This document shows positions 63,988-64,000 of a stretch of DNA of 64,000 bases, piece after piece. Position 1 is the first letter of the stretch, and the number at the start of each line of letters is the position of its first letter. The stretch lies in IMG/VR virus record IMGVR_UViG_3300025304_000053, one strand, 5' to 3'. The notes under the pieces were generated by a model that did not search any database, was not told where the DNA came from, and saw only the letters and a list, made by a program, of their open reading frames with translations. A program made the translations under genes and the position numbers. Origin of the DNA: a virus.

Positions 63988-64000
63988 TGGCTCCCCGGGC
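63988..64000 (-). tRNA. 3' end of a tRNA, probably tRNA-Asn (att core); truncated by the window edge
   Basis: Reverse complement GCCCGGGGAGCCA ends in CCA and matches my recollection of the alphaproteobacterial tRNA-Asn(GTT) 3' end; only 13 nt are visible. Confidence 0.55.

Larger units (their letters stand above)
1..64000. mobile_element. Temperate prophage (HK97-type head, long non-contractile tail); left end outside window
   Basis: Continuous phage gene content: repressors, replication, terminase/portal/capsid, tail, lysis, and integrase beside a tRNA 3' end. Confidence 0.97.

Overview
The whole window is the bulk of one temperate siphovirus-type prophage of an alphaproteobacterium, probably of the Rhizobium/Agrobacterium/Ensifer group (host assignment is inference from the att site, tag-like motifs and gene style). 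It has an HK97-type head and a lambda/GTA-like long tail. Left to right: leftward early genes and two separate repressor modules (0.1-3.1 kb); a rightward early operon for recombination/replication with many accessory genes (Sak4-like ATPase, SSB, nucleotidyltransferase, beta clamp, Cas4-like exonuclease, two ECF-sigma-like genes, SF2 helicase, RtcB, HD hydrolase, two DNA methyltransferases, Prim-Pol, putative ori; 3-25 kb); late regulator, structured leader, packaging, head and tail genes (26-50 kb); lysis (50-52 kb); a second accessory operon (protease + MotA/MotB-like membrane module, TGT/DpdA-like + VUT transporter + nucleotide-metabolism cluster, Tad2-like gene; 52-62 kb); and a tyrosine integrase next to the 3' end of a probable tRNA-Asn at the right edge. 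The left prophage end lies outside the window. Most striking observations: (1) pervasive mimicry of the alphaproteobacterial tmRNA (SsrA) tag, with 23 'ANDN' copies in 18 proteins and 22 proteins ending in -AA; (2) a C5-methyltransferase split over two overlapping reading frames; (3) a candidate 7-deazaguanine salvage/DNA-modification cluster; (4) a phage-encoded MotA/MotB-like module with a protease; (5) a recurring hairpin with a CCACCAA-type loop in gene leaders; (6) an unexplained structured RNA-like element downstream of the integrase. All family calls come from motif recognition by eye; no database search was run.
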